From a virus (taxonomy: Duplodnaviria; Caudoviricetes), in IMG/VR virus record IMGVR_UViG_3300031867_000001, positions 96,001 to 160,000 of that record: DNA of 64,000 nucleotides, one strand, 5' to 3'. The first letter of the stretch is position 1, and every line of letters begins with the position of its first letter. The notes below the pieces were generated by a model. The model was given only the letters and a program-made list of their open reading frames with translations, was not told the DNA's origin and did no database searches. Positions 19,794 to 31,400 of the stretch are shown piece by piece. The position numbers and the translations under genes are program-made.

Positions 19794-20837
19794 TTATAAT
19801 AAAATTTTACCTGCTTTACCAATTGCACCATCTGTCCATATACATCTTAATTGAATATCTTCCACTGGGAATCTACCAATATGATTGTCTGTATAATGAA
19901 TATCCTCTACCAAGAATATTGCATTCACTGTCATATTATCGGATGGAGCACGATCCATTGTTTCAGCAGACTCACCATAATGTTTTGTCATTTCATCAAC
20001 AAATGGTGGTTTTGTGATATCCCATGCAGGTGGTTGATGATTTGCGTATGTAGCAAACATGATTAATTCATTCGGTCGAATATGATGTCTTGGTGGGTTC
20101 TCCATTCCACAATAATAAAACCAATTGATTTCTGATAACACATCTGCTTTATTCTTTGGAACAGACGTGTGTTCAGATACACCTTTTTTCGAACGGGCAA
20201 TGATTCTATGGGTTGCCAATGTGTAAATATGTTGAACAACATCAAAGTTTGTTCGAATGGTTGTTTGTGAATCATGTGGCACAATCGTCCAATTATCAAT
20301 TCCTTTTAATGAAACCAAATCAGTTGGATCTGATGGTGTGTCATGTTGTGGCATTTTGATCCACCATCCATTGTTGACTTGATGTGCATACTTTACACCA
20401 TCAACAGTTGTTTCTTCGACGATGGTATACCACTTGTTCAAATCTTTCTTCTTGATTTGTTTGCTATCAGGCCACTTTGTTACAACATTATTATTGATCG
20501 AATAAAAAATGGCATTCTGGTTACATATTTGAACCATATACTTTGACGCAGGTACTTTTGGGTTTGGTCCACCAATTGCGGAAATACCATATTCTGGGTA
20601 TTTTCCGCTTTCTTCTTCGTTGGATGTTTCGGATGGGGTGTTATCCCCATCCGATGGTTGTTCATCTGATGATTGTGATGAATTAATCGTCTTCAAATCA
20701 CCAATCCACAATCCTGTTTCTGTCAATTTTAAATGAGCTGATTCAACTGCATCTAATGTTAATTGTAAATTCTTATCAACAGAATATCCCAATCCATCTG
20801 ATACATTAAATGCAATGTATGTTAATTCCTCTGACAT
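19794..20837 (-). CDS. Tail-fibre-associated protein with an SH3b-like cell-wall-binding insert
   Basis: KYMVQI...WYTIVEETTVDGVKYAHQVNNGWWIKM resembles the YTIVEE...GW SH3b domains of Bacillota lysins; flanked by Pro/acidic linkers. Confidence 0.5.
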   Translation of the reverse strand: MSEELTYIAFNVSDGLGYSVDKNLQLTLDAVESAHLKLTETGLWIGDLKTINSSQSSDEQPSDGDNTPSETSNEEESGKYPEYGISAIGGPNPKVPASKYMVQICNQNAIFYSINNNVVTKWPDSKQIKKKDLNKWYTIVEETTVDGVKYAHQVNNGWWIKMPQHDTPSDPTDLVSLKGIDNWTIVPHDSQTTIRTNFDVVQHIYTLATHRIIARSKKGVSEHTSVPKNKADVLSEINWFYYCGMENPPRHHIRPNELIMFATYANHQPPAWDITKPPFVDEMTKHYGESAETMDRAPSDNMTVNAIFLVEDIHYTDNHIGRFPVEDIQLRCIWTDGAIGKAGKILL

Positions 20838-20839
20838 TA

Positions 20840-21241
20840 TTAACCACCAACCTTATCGAGAATTGCATGGATAAGATTTAATGTATTAACTCCTTCATTC
20901 GTTGGTTCTGGATCACCTGATTGAATTCTGGATACTGCTGAATTACATCTGACCCATTCGATTGGTCCATATGTTGAAGCTGGGTTTGCTTTAATTGTAT
21001 TACCTGCATAATACACGCCCCAACCCGCATCTTCCGAAACTTTCGGAATGGCAATCAGTTGTCCAGCATCATTAAATTGTAAACCATTATTATCTTTACC
21101 GGATAATTTTAATGCAAATCCATGTTTTATTGTCGGTTCTTCACCTTCAACTTCTGATGGGATTGACATCTCTTTGCATTCGATTGTTTGTGGATTATAT
21201 CGGAGATTGATATCGTACCGAACATTCCCACGAATTTCCAT
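20840..21241 (-). CDS. Small tail-fibre-associated protein
   Basis: ORF track, coupled to neighbours; LKLSGKDNNGLQFNDAGQL fibre-type repeat. Confidence 0.55.
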   Translation of the reverse strand: MEIRGNVRYDINLRYNPQTIECKEMSIPSEVEGEEPTIKHGFALKLSGKDNNGLQFNDAGQLIAIPKVSEDAGWGVYYAGNTIKANPASTYGPIEWVRCNSAVSRIQSGDPEPTNEGVNTLNLIHAILDKVGG

Positions 21242-21771
21242 TAAAAATCATCTCCTCCACCTAAAAGCAATGCAACTTCTTCGATTCTATCATTTGCATC
21301 TACTTTCGTAATGATGTAATAATTGAACTTGTTATCAGCCACAGGAACTCGCAGAAAATCTCCAGGTAGTATCTTATCCAAGTTTTTTTCATCTGCTGGA
21401 GCACCATCGTTACCTCTGAATGTATCGGATGGATTTTTACCACGTAAATGGGTTCCATACATATCATCCGCAGTCCATGTTCTGTGAGTAATTCCGTTGC
21501 AAGAAACACGTGTTCTGTTCTTTCCCTCTTGATCTAAATCCCATTGAGAACGATATCCAACTCTGACACCACCATGAATCTGGGGAGTGTCAAGTTGTTT
21601 ACCAACTGACGCTGGATCTCCTTCTGAATATAAACCATCTTCTTCAACGGTGATTGTATTATGTTCATCAGTAGAAATCTTCACATTCAATCGATGTTTT
21701 GTCTTCCCATCTTCTTCAAATGTTTCTATTTCTAATAAATTTGGATCAATGTTCAATAACACTTTTGCCAT
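21241..21771 (-). CDS. Small tail-fibre-associated protein
   Basis: SD GAGG; LNVKISTDEHNTITVEEDGLY fibre-type repeat; TAATG coupling to the next gene. Confidence 0.55.
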   Translation of the reverse strand: MAKVLLNIDPNLLEIETFEEDGKTKHRLNVKISTDEHNTITVEEDGLYSEGDPASVGKQLDTPQIHGGVRVGYRSQWDLDQEGKNRTRVSCNGITHRTWTADDMYGTHLRGKNPSDTFRGNDGAPADEKNLDKILPGDFLRVPVADNKFNYYIITKVDANDRIEEVALLLGGGDDF

Positions 21772-21788
21772 GACTTAATACCTCATGC

Positions 21789-23879
21789 TTATGAACCACT
21801 GCTGGTGTCCGTATCATCCAACTCGGTTGTTGTGATATATAATCCAGGACCTAAGTGAACATATGTAACACTCTTTGGTTCTTCCTGTGAACTGGATGCA
21901 GATGGATTATAAAAGATAGATCCACCTTCTGAATCATCTATCTTTAATGCATTTAATCCACCACCACCAGCACCGCCAGTGGTTTCGAGCTTACCTTCAT
22001 CACTGATATAGACACTTTCACCACAATTGATTGTGATACGATTATGTCCATCATTCTTTAATCCATCACCAAGCCGGACATTGACTTTACCTTGGTTTGC
22101 CATTTGTGTTCCATCTTGTGGAACATTCGTTGAACGAATCTCCAAGAATCTACCAACATTCACCATCAAACCACCAGACCAATTAAACGCTTCTGGGTCG
22201 GTTGGATCAAAGATTAAATCATCAACTTCTGGATCCATTCCAAACTGTTGCATGAATCTTTCACGCGATGGTGTAACTGTACCAGAATCACTGTGGTTAA
22301 ATAAGGTCAATCCAGACAATGGTACGTAATTCTTCTTACCACCAATTGCATTGGTAATGCCTTTGAATAAGTTAATACCAAGATAAGTTGGTGTATTCAA
22401 GAAACCACGATGTCCACGTGCTGATGGAGCAGTCACTTTGTCTGGAGTGACGATAGACCAGTTGTTGATCAATTCAGATGATTTCATATCAGCACTACCA
22501 TATTTGGAATATGGCATTACGCATAATGAATAATCCGTCTGTAAGAATACGCCACCCTTACGTGATTCTGTTTCTGTGAACAACTTCTCATGTCCACTGG
22601 GTGTGACAATATACGACATTCCGTCGGTTGGTTGTCCATATTGTGGATCCAAGTCAAATTGATATTGATCCACATTTGACATGACATTGATTGGTGATGC
22701 CGAATCTCCATTTTGTGTATTTGCAAAATCAAGACTCAATTCTGTATCATCATATTTTCCATTTGTCAAGTTCAAATGTGTTTCTTTGTTTGTAATACCC
22801 CAAGTCGTATATTGCATGATGGATTTGAATTTGATTACACAAATATCTCCATCATATGATACTTGTCCAATTGCGGGTTGACGGAACATGAATTCGTGTT
22901 TGAATCTAATGTCATCTTCCAATTGATGATCCGATGAACGGATGTATGGATTGAAATAACATACAATCGTATCACTATTTCGGAACTTTGGTATTGAAAT
23001 AATATCGGCGATGTAATGTAAACCATAATCCCGTTCATTAATGTATATATGTGCTTGGGTAGATGTTGTTGTTCCACCTCCAGCTAAGAATCCAGAATAC
23101 CAACCAGATCCAGAGTCATCAGGGAAACCATTTGTTCCATGTGGCATGATATAATCATTAATGGATCCAGTGTAGTAAATTCCGAAGAAAACATATGTTT
23201 TACCGCCCAAACGAGACTGATCAATTCTCAATCCGGATACCGTATCACTGATACCATTATCCAAATACAACACTGTCTCATCTGGATGTATATGCACTTT
23301 TAAAGTACCACCATCAACTTCATTCTGTGAATATGTTAATGAACGATCGGTCTTACCAACAACATTGATGATTTTATACTTCATTTCCATCTTTGATTCA
23401 TCGGCGTTGTATCGGAAGTATCCAATATATGATCTATAATCATATTGATCAAGTGCTTCACTATCAATACCATGTCTTGCAAAGAATGGTGTGTTTTCAT
23501 ATGCACGATCATTTGGATCAATAACAAGTCTTACTGCGTCTTCTAATGTATCAAATATTCTTAATAAATGACCATAGAATTCTGCTTCTGTTCTGTCAAT
23601 AACCCAATTCTGGATTTCTTCATATGAAACATTATCCACATTTGACAAACCAACATCACTTGCATCAAGTGTCAATATACCCGTTCTTCCATTCACAGAA
23701 TTGACATATCTTGCAAGTTGATTATTGATGGATTCCCACAAATGTTCTAATACAACATCCAATGATTGACCGGATGCATCATCGGTAATAGATACAGTAT
23801 CCGTCTTTGGATAAATATCCGTGAGCGTTAATTCAGAATTGACGAGTTCTTCCTCTTTCAATTGAACTTTATTCTGCAT
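21789..23879 (-). CDS. Tail fibre-like protein (696 aa)
   Basis: VNSVNGRTGILTLDASDVGLSNVDNVS (common phage fibre repeat) and LGDGLKNDGHNRITINCGESVYISDEGKL shaft-like repeats. Confidence 0.65.
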   Translation of the reverse strand: MQNKVQLKEEELVNSELTLTDIYPKTDTVSITDDASGQSLDVVLEHLWESINNQLARYVNSVNGRTGILTLDASDVGLSNVDNVSYEEIQNWVIDRTEAEFYGHLLRIFDTLEDAVRLVIDPNDRAYENTPFFARHGIDSEALDQYDYRSYIGYFRYNADESKMEMKYKIINVVGKTDRSLTYSQNEVDGGTLKVHIHPDETVLYLDNGISDTVSGLRIDQSRLGGKTYVFFGIYYTGSINDYIMPHGTNGFPDDSGSGWYSGFLAGGGTTTSTQAHIYINERDYGLHYIADIISIPKFRNSDTIVCYFNPYIRSSDHQLEDDIRFKHEFMFRQPAIGQVSYDGDICVIKFKSIMQYTTWGITNKETHLNLTNGKYDDTELSLDFANTQNGDSASPINVMSNVDQYQFDLDPQYGQPTDGMSYIVTPSGHEKLFTETESRKGGVFLQTDYSLCVMPYSKYGSADMKSSELINNWSIVTPDKVTAPSARGHRGFLNTPTYLGINLFKGITNAIGGKKNYVPLSGLTLFNHSDSGTVTPSRERFMQQFGMDPEVDDLIFDPTDPEAFNWSGGLMVNVGRFLEIRSTNVPQDGTQMANQGKVNVRLGDGLKNDGHNRITINCGESVYISDEGKLETTGGAGGGGLNALKIDDSEGGSIFYNPSASSSQEEPKSVTYVHLGPGLYITTTELDDTDTSSGS

Positions 23880-23915
23880 ACGACATTCACTTCCTTATAT
23901 GAATTTATTATTAAA

Positions 23916-23927
23916 AACGAAAACATA
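23916..23927 (+). promoter_or_regulatory. Putative late promoter AACG-N6-TA
   Basis: AACG-AAAACA-TA upstream of the baseplate wedge gene. Confidence 0.6.
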
Positions 23928-23930
23928 ATG

Positions 23931-24009
23931 TTCCCGTTCCATGTTCAACTACTAATACAGTAGTTGGAGAGTGGCTTATAACTCGGTATTTTCACCATTA
24001 TGACGGGAA
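23931..24009 (+). promoter_or_regulatory. Structured 5' leader (multibranch) of the baseplate wedge gene
   Basis: TTCCCGT/ACGGGAA closing stem enclosing CAACTACT/AGTAGTTG, GAGT/ACTC and GGT/ACC hairpins. Confidence 0.4.
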
Positions 24010-24041
24010 TAAATTACGTTAAACAAAGGAGCGTGTCATTA

Positions 24042-27000
24042 ATGGCTGATGTTATTTTAAATAATTACTCAGATGATTCTAAGATCAAACGATACATTCA
24101 ACAAGAATTGATGCCTCGAGTATTCCATGACATACCATTGAATGCTTTGAACACCGGTGCATTCTCAATTATTAATGAATACATTTCCCAAGCAACTGAG
24201 CAGATGGCGTTTACATCATCATTCTATTTCAATGAAAACTTCATCACAAAAGCCGTATTACCAGAATCCATTTATGCAGAAGCAGCAATCTTCAATATCG
24301 GATATGCATTTGCAACACCATCATCTACTAATATCTTATTGGAATTAAAGCTGTCGGATCTGTTTGCTATTACACAGAATTCCGAAAATAAGAATGAGAA
24401 GACGGGATTGTATGAATTCATATTGGATAAGAATACATTAATCAATATGAAAGATGGTCAGACGTATTCGTTAGACTACGATATCTCTTTCCAATATATG
24501 AGTCCAGAAACTGCTTCTGATACAAGAAACGGTTCATGGATTGTGCAGTATCTGAATGATGAACCGAATTCTATTTCAATCAATAAGAACAAATTCATTT
24601 CATATCGTGTAACGGATAACTGGTTGTGTTTATTTGTAAAAGCATCTGAATATACACGTACAACCAAAACCGTTATCAACAATATGACGAATGGTGTACC
24701 AAATGCTGATACTGTGATCAATTGCAATGATCACATTTGTGGATTTGATGTTGTATATGTTGAACCATCAACCAAGTATGGTGAATCGGATAAACGAATT
24801 CCAATTCGTACAGATCATATCTTACCAATTCATGCAACTGTCAATGACAAACTTCCATATGTTCATTACATCATGGACAATACACAAACAATCCGATTGA
24901 TGTGGCAACTTCAGGGCAATCGAGCATTTATTCCAAAATCAAACTCTCGATATGAAATCACAGTTTATACATGTCATGGTAAGAGTGCAAACTTTACCGA
25001 AGCACCAGATGAACAACCGAATGTTGTTACTGCATCGAATCGATACAAGAATAATGCAAATGTTATGAAAGCCGCTTTCATTATTTCTGGATCAATGGGT
25101 GGAACCGATATTGGTACTGCTGAACATGTCCGTAGAAAAACCATTGAAGCGTATAACACAGCAAATGTGATTTCAACCGATCATGACATTGAAGAATGGT
25201 TTAAGACTTTTTATTTCGATCATATCTTATTCCCGTTCTTCTTTAAACGTAGAGATGATCCATGGGGTAGAATCTGGAGTGGATTCTTAGCATTGACGGA
25301 TTCCAACAATGAAGTGTATCGAACAAATACATTACATGGTCATGTCACATATGAAGCATTGTATTCCAACAATAACAACAATGTTTCCAGCAATGAAATC
25401 ATCATTCCCCCAGGTTGGGTTTGGACATATGGTAAAGATTCCACGAACTTGTATAAAGTTTATCCGTATACAAAGAATGGATTACGTGTTGTTGAAACGG
25501 CAAAAACGTTAACTTCCGTTGATGCAAAGTTCGTATTTGCAAATCCATTTGGCGTTCGGATTCAGAAGCAACCATTTGCGATTGGTTATTTCAATCCATG
25601 GATCAATGAGTCATTGACCACTTCCCGTGTTCCAAGCAATAATACATATATTGAAGACGTATCACAAATTTACCATGCAACACCACTCACAGTCAATATC
25701 AAACGTACATATCGTGACGATAAATATCACATCTCATTCTGGTTGGATATTTCACAATTGTCAATGAATGATGGTTCAAAGTGGATTCAAAATATGCGTA
25801 GCATTGCCGTATCACCAATCATCAATGAAGCATTGTTGAGTTACTTCAAAATGCCATCTGATTTGTATGCAAACCAAATTCCCATGTTGGCTTTACAAGC
25901 AGACGAACAATGGGTTCCTTTCAATCCACGTGAAACATATGTTTGTGTTCGTGAACGAAATCTGCGAGATGATGGAACATGGAATTTGAGTGATATATGG
26001 ATTCAAGACAATAGTATCAGTGGCGAACCAAAACGAATCTCCATTGACATTATGAACAATAATGGAATTTATGGTAAAGAGAATATCTGGAATAACATGG
26101 ATATTCTTGAACCAGTCTATGCAACTGGAGATGTTACAATCTCTTGTGATGGTTTACCGAGTGATGATGTTGTATCATTCGTGCGAGAAGGTATGAATGA
26201 TTATTACATCATGCAAATTAAAAAGGATTTAAAGATCGCTGATACAAATGGTACATTGAGACCTGCGAGAATTAATCGTATCAAATACACCGTATCTTCT
26301 CAGAATAAAACTGAACGAACCAAATATGGTGAAGAATCATTATATCAGATTGGTGGAACGTCTGAGAATGTTGCATTGAATGTTCGATATGAATATATCT
26401 TCATTGATGTTGCGAATTCAGAGGTTGGTGTTATCCAAAGAAACTATGTCGTTGTTAATGCGGCAAACGTGTACATTCCGTATCCGGACGATGGTGCTCC
26501 GGAAGAAGTAGATGGTATGTGGGTATTCACCATTCCCGTACATGAAACAACTGCCGGTGTTCCTGAAGAAACAATCATTGTATATGCGGATATGAAACCA
26601 TCACCACAATCTTCAAGCATTGATTATTACAGAATTCCATTCAGTGCAATCAATGGTCAGACACCTTTCTTCTATGTCAGAAACAAAACGCTCGATTTGT
26701 CTAAGAATAATTTAAGAGTTGTATTGCATGCATATATGAATGGTGGAGAAACTGGATATGTTGAAATGTATCCGGTTAAACGTGACGAAGATGGAACATA
26801 CTTGTTTGAAACGGATCTGTGTCCAACAAACGAATTGGTTGATGTTGATAATAGAATCCACATTGCATCGGTTGACTACAATGGTGGTAGCTGGAAACCA
26901 ACAACCGAAGGAAGTGTTGTGAATATTGATGCAAGTGATCCGAAGTTACGTATCTCGGTTTTGTTTAAATCCAAAACAAATCCAGATGCTCCTTCTGTCA

Positions 27001-28370
27001 TCAATGATGATCCGGCTTACACTGGATACTATATGAATGATGAATTTGAATTTGATAAGTTCTCTTTGATTCAAGAGTTAAAGGAGATGCGTAGTGTTGT
27101 AAACTTTGCAGAAGATTCAACACCATCATTCGATCAATATAAAGCCCGTGAAGCATTGATCAGTTGGAATGGTCCAAATACAAATCATGTTACATGGTAT
27201 GATATCAATAAGATTGCAGAAAAGCAAGCGATATCCAAGGTTCATTTAACCGAAGATGAAAGATATCAATTAAGAGCCATGAGTAATGCATTTGTTGAAA
27301 ATGGATATATCACCGCTTTGGAAACCATGCGTGATTTGTTATCATTGTCCGATAACATTGATCCATACAAGACATATCGTAAAATGTATATTGGAACATT
27401 AAACAAGTTCGTATTGAATGAAGACTTTATCGAGTTATTTACGTATACGGACAGTAATGTTCAACAGGTATGGGAACACAATGGTGTATATTATACCAAC
27501 AGCTCATTCCGTGATAAATTGATTCCTGTAGAAAATAAATATTACATGGTCAAAGATGATGTAGATGGATACAGAAATCTGAAGTTTGTAATATGGAGTG
27601 AGACATATAAAGACTATGTGGATGTCAGTGACAAAGTTGTGATGTGGACACAAGTATGTGAAATGTTATCAAACTACACAAAGGACTTAGATGCATTATA
27701 TGAATATGCTGGTGTATCATTAGTTGGAGAAGTTGAAATTCAATTAATGCCATTTGTCGAATATTCATTAATGAATTCGGATAAGTTTGAAGACTTTGTT
27801 GCAACATTCACACAAGTTCACAAAGCCATTGAACCAGTCATCTTTAAACGATTGGAAGGTAACAACTATCTTGATTGTAAGTTGTTGGCAACATATGGCA
27901 AACCACATACGTACTGTTCTGACTTGCAGTATCAGTTGTCAAGCAATGCTTTCTGGCCCGATCTGAATATTCAAATCTCGTTTAATGTGAAGCTGTATAA
28001 TAAGGCTTTGACATCGAATACGATCAGTGAGTTAAAGATCATGATCAAAGCATATTTCAATAGATTGACAACTGTTCATACTCCATTGGATTTATTGAGT
28101 ATGAATAACAACATTTATGTTTCTCATTTGATTCAACAGATGGAAGCACATTCCAATGTTGCATATTTGAAGTTCAATGGATGGTATACCAATCAGAAGA
28201 ATGATCCATATGGAAATTATATGGATTCCAATACACAAGCAATCATCCAGAAATGGAAACGTTTGGAAGATATGCCAACTGATGAGTTGACACGTTTTGT
28301 TCCAGAAATGTTTGTATTGGAAGATCGCAATATTGATATTAACGTTTTGGACGATAATACTTTAGCATGA
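24042..28370 (+). CDS. Baseplate wedge protein (T4 gp6/baseplate J-like)
   Basis: NENFITKAVLPESIYAEAAIFNI and GGTDIGTAEHVRRKTIEAYNTANVISTDHD match gp6-type motifs (ESFxxTA..SS; GGxDxE..IR...RAVTxxD). ATG 24042 after AAGGAG. Confidence 0.8.
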   Translation: MADVILNNYSDDSKIKRYIQQELMPRVFHDIPLNALNTGAFSIINEYISQATEQMAFTSSFYFNENFITKAVLPESIYAEAAIFNIGYAFATPSSTNILLELKLSDLFAITQNSENKNEKTGLYEFILDKNTLINMKDGQTYSLDYDISFQYMSPETASDTRNGSWIVQYLNDEPNSISINKNKFISYRVTDNWLCLFVKASEYTRTTKTVINNMTNGVPNADTVINCNDHICGFDVVYVEPSTKYGESDKRIPIRTDHILPIHATVNDKLPYVHYIMDNTQTIRLMWQLQGNRAFIPKSNSRYEITVYTCHGKSANFTEAPDEQPNVVTASNRYKNNANVMKAAFIISGSMGGTDIGTAEHVRRKTIEAYNTANVISTDHDIEEWFKTFYFDHILFPFFFKRRDDPWGRIWSGFLALTDSNNEVYRTNTLHGHVTYEALYSNNNNNVSSNEIIIPPGWVWTYGKDSTNLYKVYPYTKNGLRVVETAKTLTSVDAKFVFANPFGVRIQKQPFAIGYFNPWINESLTTSRVPSNNTYIEDVSQIYHATPLTVNIKRTYRDDKYHISFWLDISQLSMNDGSKWIQNMRSIAVSPIINEALLSYFKMPSDLYANQIPMLALQADEQWVPFNPRETYVCVRERNLRDDGTWNLSDIWIQDNSISGEPKRISIDIMNNNGIYGKENIWNNMDILEPVYATGDVTISCDGLPSDDVVSFVREGMNDYYIMQIKKDLKIADTNGTLRPARINRIKYTVSSQNKTERTKYGEESLYQIGGTSENVALNVRYEYIFIDVANSEVGVIQRNYVVVNAANVYIPYPDDGAPEEVDGMWVFTIPVHETTAGVPEETIIVYADMKPSPQSSSIDYYRIPFSAINGQTPFFYVRNKTLDLSKNNLRVVLHAYMNGGETGYVEMYPVKRDEDGTYLFETDLCPTNELVDVDNRIHIASVDYNGGSWKPTTEGSVVNIDASDPKLRISVLFKSKTNPDAPSVINDDPAYTGYYMNDEFEFDKFSLIQELKEMRSVVNFAEDSTPSFDQYKAREALISWNGPNTNHVTWYDINKIAEKQAISKVHLTEDERYQLRAMSNAFVENGYITALETMRDLLSLSDNIDPYKTYRKMYIGTLNKFVLNEDFIELFTYTDSNVQQVWEHNGVYYTNSSFRDKLIPVENKYYMVKDDVDGYRNLKFVIWSETYKDYVDVSDKVVMWTQVCEMLSNYTKDLDALYEYAGVSLVGEVEIQLMPFVEYSLMNSDKFEDFVATFTQVHKAIEPVIFKRLEGNNYLDCKLLATYGKPHTYCSDLQYQLSSNAFWPDLNIQISFNVKLYNKALTSNTISELKIMIKAYFNRLTTVHTPLDLLSMNNNIYVSHLIQQMEAHSNVAYLKFNGWYTNQKNDPYGNYMDSNTQAIIQKWKRLEDMPTDELTRFVPEMFVLEDRNIDINVLDDNTLA

Positions 28371-28377
28371 TGATATG

Positions 28378-28401
28378 ATCCCCGCCCATATGGGCGGGGA
28401 T
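28378..28401. terminator. Bidirectional terminator, perfect palindrome
   Basis: ATCCCCGCCCATATGGGCGGGGAT between convergent genes; the core is repeated at 60982-61001. Confidence 0.8.
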
Positions 28402-28412
28402 TCATTATCACA

Positions 28413-31400
28413 TTATCCTCGTGCTAAACGAGTAACTTGTTCTGGTATTGCATTAACCGATTCATCAACTGGCTTTTGTGGTGTTACGATTGTTCCTTCT
28501 GGATTGGATTTCATTGAATCGAGCTTCTTGGAAATGTCTTCAAGCAATTGCTCAACCTTTTCTGCTCGAACATTGAATGTGATCTTCTCCAGATCTTCAA
28601 TCGTATACGCCTTATCATTGTTCTGACCAGCGACAATGTATTGGTTCACAATTTGAGATTGTGGTTCACTGTCATAGTTATCGTAGAACTGTTGAATTGC
28701 TCCTTCATTGATTGGTGGAATATCACCACTACCAAGCACTCTCGCAGCCCATTCCGTTACTGAGCTTGCTTGTCCATCACTCCAACCATAGTTCGATTGT
28801 GCATACGATGTTGAAGTATTCGATTGTTTATTGCTCTTGGGTTTTGAACTCGGTTGTGTGTTTGTTTGTTTTACGCCACCAAATTTAGAAGCATACCACA
28901 TTGAGAATTCTTGACTGTTGTAACCGCCATTGTACTCGGTTCTGTAATAATCTGCCATACGTTGATTTGTAAGATAAGCGTCCCACCAACCAGTCGGATT
29001 CTTACCATAACGAGTTTTAGCGGACCATTCAGAAGCATGTGAATCAAAGAACTTTCTCCACTGTGCTTTCTGTCTGGAATCAACTGCAGAATCATATGCG
29101 GTGTAATAATTCTCATCGGTTGTACCAGGAACAATTGTCGACGATTCTTCTTCCTCACTCGTATCATCAAATGAAGACGAACCACTGTAGGATGATGTTG
29201 ATGTTTGTGCATATGCACCAGCACTATTTGCCATTTGTCTTGCAAACAGACCCATCAATGTTTCTGCATCACCAGTAACAAATGATTGTTTACCATAGTT
29301 ACCCTTGAGATAGTTCTTGAGTTTATGACCAGATGTTGTATCACCAACTTCAATTGCACCCATCAACGAATTACCGATGCTTCCAATACCAGCAGCAATT
29401 TCGTCCATGACTTCTTCTGCAGTACCCTTGATGATTTGAACACTCTTCTTCTTACCGTTATACAGAACTTGGAATTCTTGTCCAGCTGTATCGAATACAG
29501 AACCCAAGAATCCAGTTCCACCTTCAAACAGTGAAGAACCCATGTCTTGAAGTGTCTGTGCAACTCCATCTTCACCAATTTCAGATGCTTCTTTAATTGC
29601 ACCACCAACACCTTCAGAAATAGAATTCAAACCTTCCTTAGCACCATCCAACCAGGTAGAGATAACATCACCAATTGTGGTTGCATTATTCTTTAACAAA
29701 TCATACAATCCAGCTCCAATTGTTCCGTTAACACCAACCGTTGTATCGATTGCTGTGGTTACAGCATTCTTTGTTGCATCACTAAGAATGATTTTCGTTC
29801 CTGTCTTAAGCAGATTGGATATCATTCCACTCAATGGGTTGTGACCAGTTAATGTTCCTACAACTGTATCAATTGCCTTACCGCCCAATTTAGAATCGAC
29901 AAAGTCTGTAACTCCATGTCTTGCTGTATCTGCAACTGCTTCAACTGTATCTGCGATTGCAGAACCCTTATTCATCAAACCAACTGCAATTGTTCCAACA
30001 CCTGGAGCAAGCTGATTTAATGCGGCTTCGAATGCTGCTTCCAATACAGGAGATGCAGTAAGATCCAATTTAGCAGAATCCAACAACGAACGAACACGTG
30101 GACCAATTTGTCCAGCAGTAGATCCACCACCATATGATGAACCACCACCAACAGCAAGTCCATTCTGCACCATCCAGTTGTATACATCTGCTGCAGTACC
30201 GACGTATTTGCCAAGACCCTTAGGCGTTTGCCATCCTTCAGGTACAAGTGCACCACCAACATAGTGAACACTACCTTCAATGAGATCCCGATCAATGATT
30301 GGTCCAATTGGATCACCAACATTACCAGTGGCTTCATGTCCAGCCAATGTCTTAAGCGCATTTGCATAACCAGACAGGTTATTACTGATACGACCTCTAC
30401 TACGAGAAGGTTCTTGACTGAAGTATGCTTGTGAGATATAGTTAAGCTGTTCCGACAATGTAGAACCGTATTCAGTGGATTCAGTTCCACCAGACTTCGG
30501 AATCCAGTTCATAATACCAACGGCACGTTGACCATTATGATCAGTGGTTACCTTAGTAAGACTCTTTTGACCAGTCAGCTTCTTAGCATTATCCTCCCAG
30601 ATACCAGTTGCCATAATCAATGCTTGTTGAGCAGGACTCATGCCAGCTTGCTGTGCTGCAGTAAAGTATTCACGAATTCCTTCCTTGTCCTTATACTTAT
30701 CCCACGTTCCGTTGTAGTATGGTGAAAGTGTTGACATGTCAATTGCACCTTGTGCTGCACCAGAAGAAACAGCTCCACCAGTAGTCGTACCAGTAGTCGT
30801 ACCAGTAGTCGTACCAGTAGACGATGCATTTGTAATGTCATATGATGAAGTACCAGCTCCACCAGCACCAACATAACGGATTGCACGAGTGTAATAGCCA
30901 TGACCGTTAATCTCACCCTTGTTGTTCTTGGTGGCTGTAAATGCATCTGTGCCATTATTGAGCATTTCATTAACAGCAGCAAGTGCACGAGCCATACCAC
31001 CTTCCCAACCATAGGAGAAGCCATAGACCTTATTGTTTTCAACACCAGATACAATCTCACCATGGTGGTTTCCACCTTTATAGATGATTGCAATATCACC
31101 ACCTTGGAGTGATGAAAGTTCTGGATTATCAATAAATTGCCAATCCGGTGAGATATTACCAGATGCGTCTTTAATTCCCTTAGCGGAATTAAACGAAGCA
31201 GAGTTCATACCTTCAGAGTTGTAACCCATTGCATCAATGACAGAATCACACAGTCCCGTACAGTCAGGACGTTCACTGAATGTCTGACCATTGATTGTGA
31301 GCTGATGTGTTTTACCGCTTTGATTGTAATCTCCATCCTTACCAACAACTCCGACCGCTTCATATGCTTTAACAACTGTCGGGACGGTTCCAAGTACGGT

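Noticed and set aside
23931-24009. Possible tRNA (cloverleaf-like, 79 nt)
   Set aside because: No TTC T-loop, no D-loop GG, wrong arm sizes and no CCA; kept only as a structured leader.
30777-30820. Short direct repeats as CRISPR or DGR elements
   Set aside because: Spacerless in-frame tandem repeat encoding a linker; no repeat-spacer array or TR/VR pair was seen in the window.
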